Source: Promethearchaeia archaeon (GTDB lineage Archaea; Asgardarchaeota; Lokiarchaeia; Sigyniarchaeales; SOKP01). From it: a stretch of 12,980 nucleotides of DNA. The notes under the pieces are model-generated. The model searched no databases. It was given only the letters and a program-made list of their open reading frames with translations, and had not been told where the DNA came from. A program made the position numbers and the translations under genes. Numbering within the stretch: position 1 is the first letter of the stretch; every line of letters starts with the position of its first letter. The stretch spans positions 1 to 12,980 of the forward strand of contig JAWOFX010000161.1 in NCBI GenBank assembly GCA_046497275.1, written 5' to 3'. Shown piece by piece: positions 12,906 through 12,980 of the stretch.

Positions 12906-12980
12906 TTAATACTCCTCTTCAAGTTTTTCGACTATTCGAGCATTAAAATATTTTTCAAGAAAATATTGAGCTTCTTCTCG
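12906..12980 (-). CDS. rpl5: 50S ribosomal protein uL5, C-terminal fragment (truncated by the window edge)
   Basis: Manual translation ...REEAQYFLEKYFNARIVEKLEEEY* resembles the archaeal uL5 C-terminal helix; canonical position upstream of uS14. Confidence 0.85.
   Translation of the reverse strand, partial: REEAQYFLEKYFNARIVEKLEEEY

Noticed and set aside
1-12980. Selenoprotein gene with in-frame UGA, or a SECIS element
   Set aside because: All supported CDSs end in TAA/TAG, no intergenic gap can hold a UGA-interrupted ORF, and no convincing AUGA/GA kink-turn hairpin was seen by eye. An Infernal/SECISearch scan would be decisive.

Overview
AT-rich (roughly 30% GC by eye) archaeal DNA, most likely from an Asgard archaeon of the Lokiarchaeia. 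The basis is archaeal eL19/eL32 ribosomal proteins, a stand-alone Roadblock protein and an archaeal/eukaryote-type selenocysteine system. Three blocks are visible. (1) 1-5318, a Sec-machinery neighbourhood: a 9/4-fold tRNA-Sec(UCA) with a 29-nt bulge-helix-bulge intron in its T-loop, two tandem CoA-pyrophosphatase-type Nudix paralogues, two small genes missing from the ORF track (a basic 98-aa C-x4-C...C-x2-H protein that can only start at ATT, and a 41-aa single-TM protein), a zinc-ribbon protein with a CdvA-like coiled coil, SelB/EFSec, and a Roadblock/LC7 protein. (2) 5362-8280, a divergent pair: a sequon-rich surface protein ending in a transcobalamin-like (DUF4430) domain, and a solitary ECF S-component. 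Together they suggest a corrinoid (B12) capture module, with two operator-like palindromes between them. (3) 8379-12980, the distal archaeal spc ribosomal-protein cluster on the minus strand (uL5 end, uS14, uS8, uL6, eL32, eL19, uL18, uS5, uL30, uL15), not followed by secY. No selenoprotein gene, CRISPR array or mobile element was found. Family assignments come from motif recognition, not database searches.
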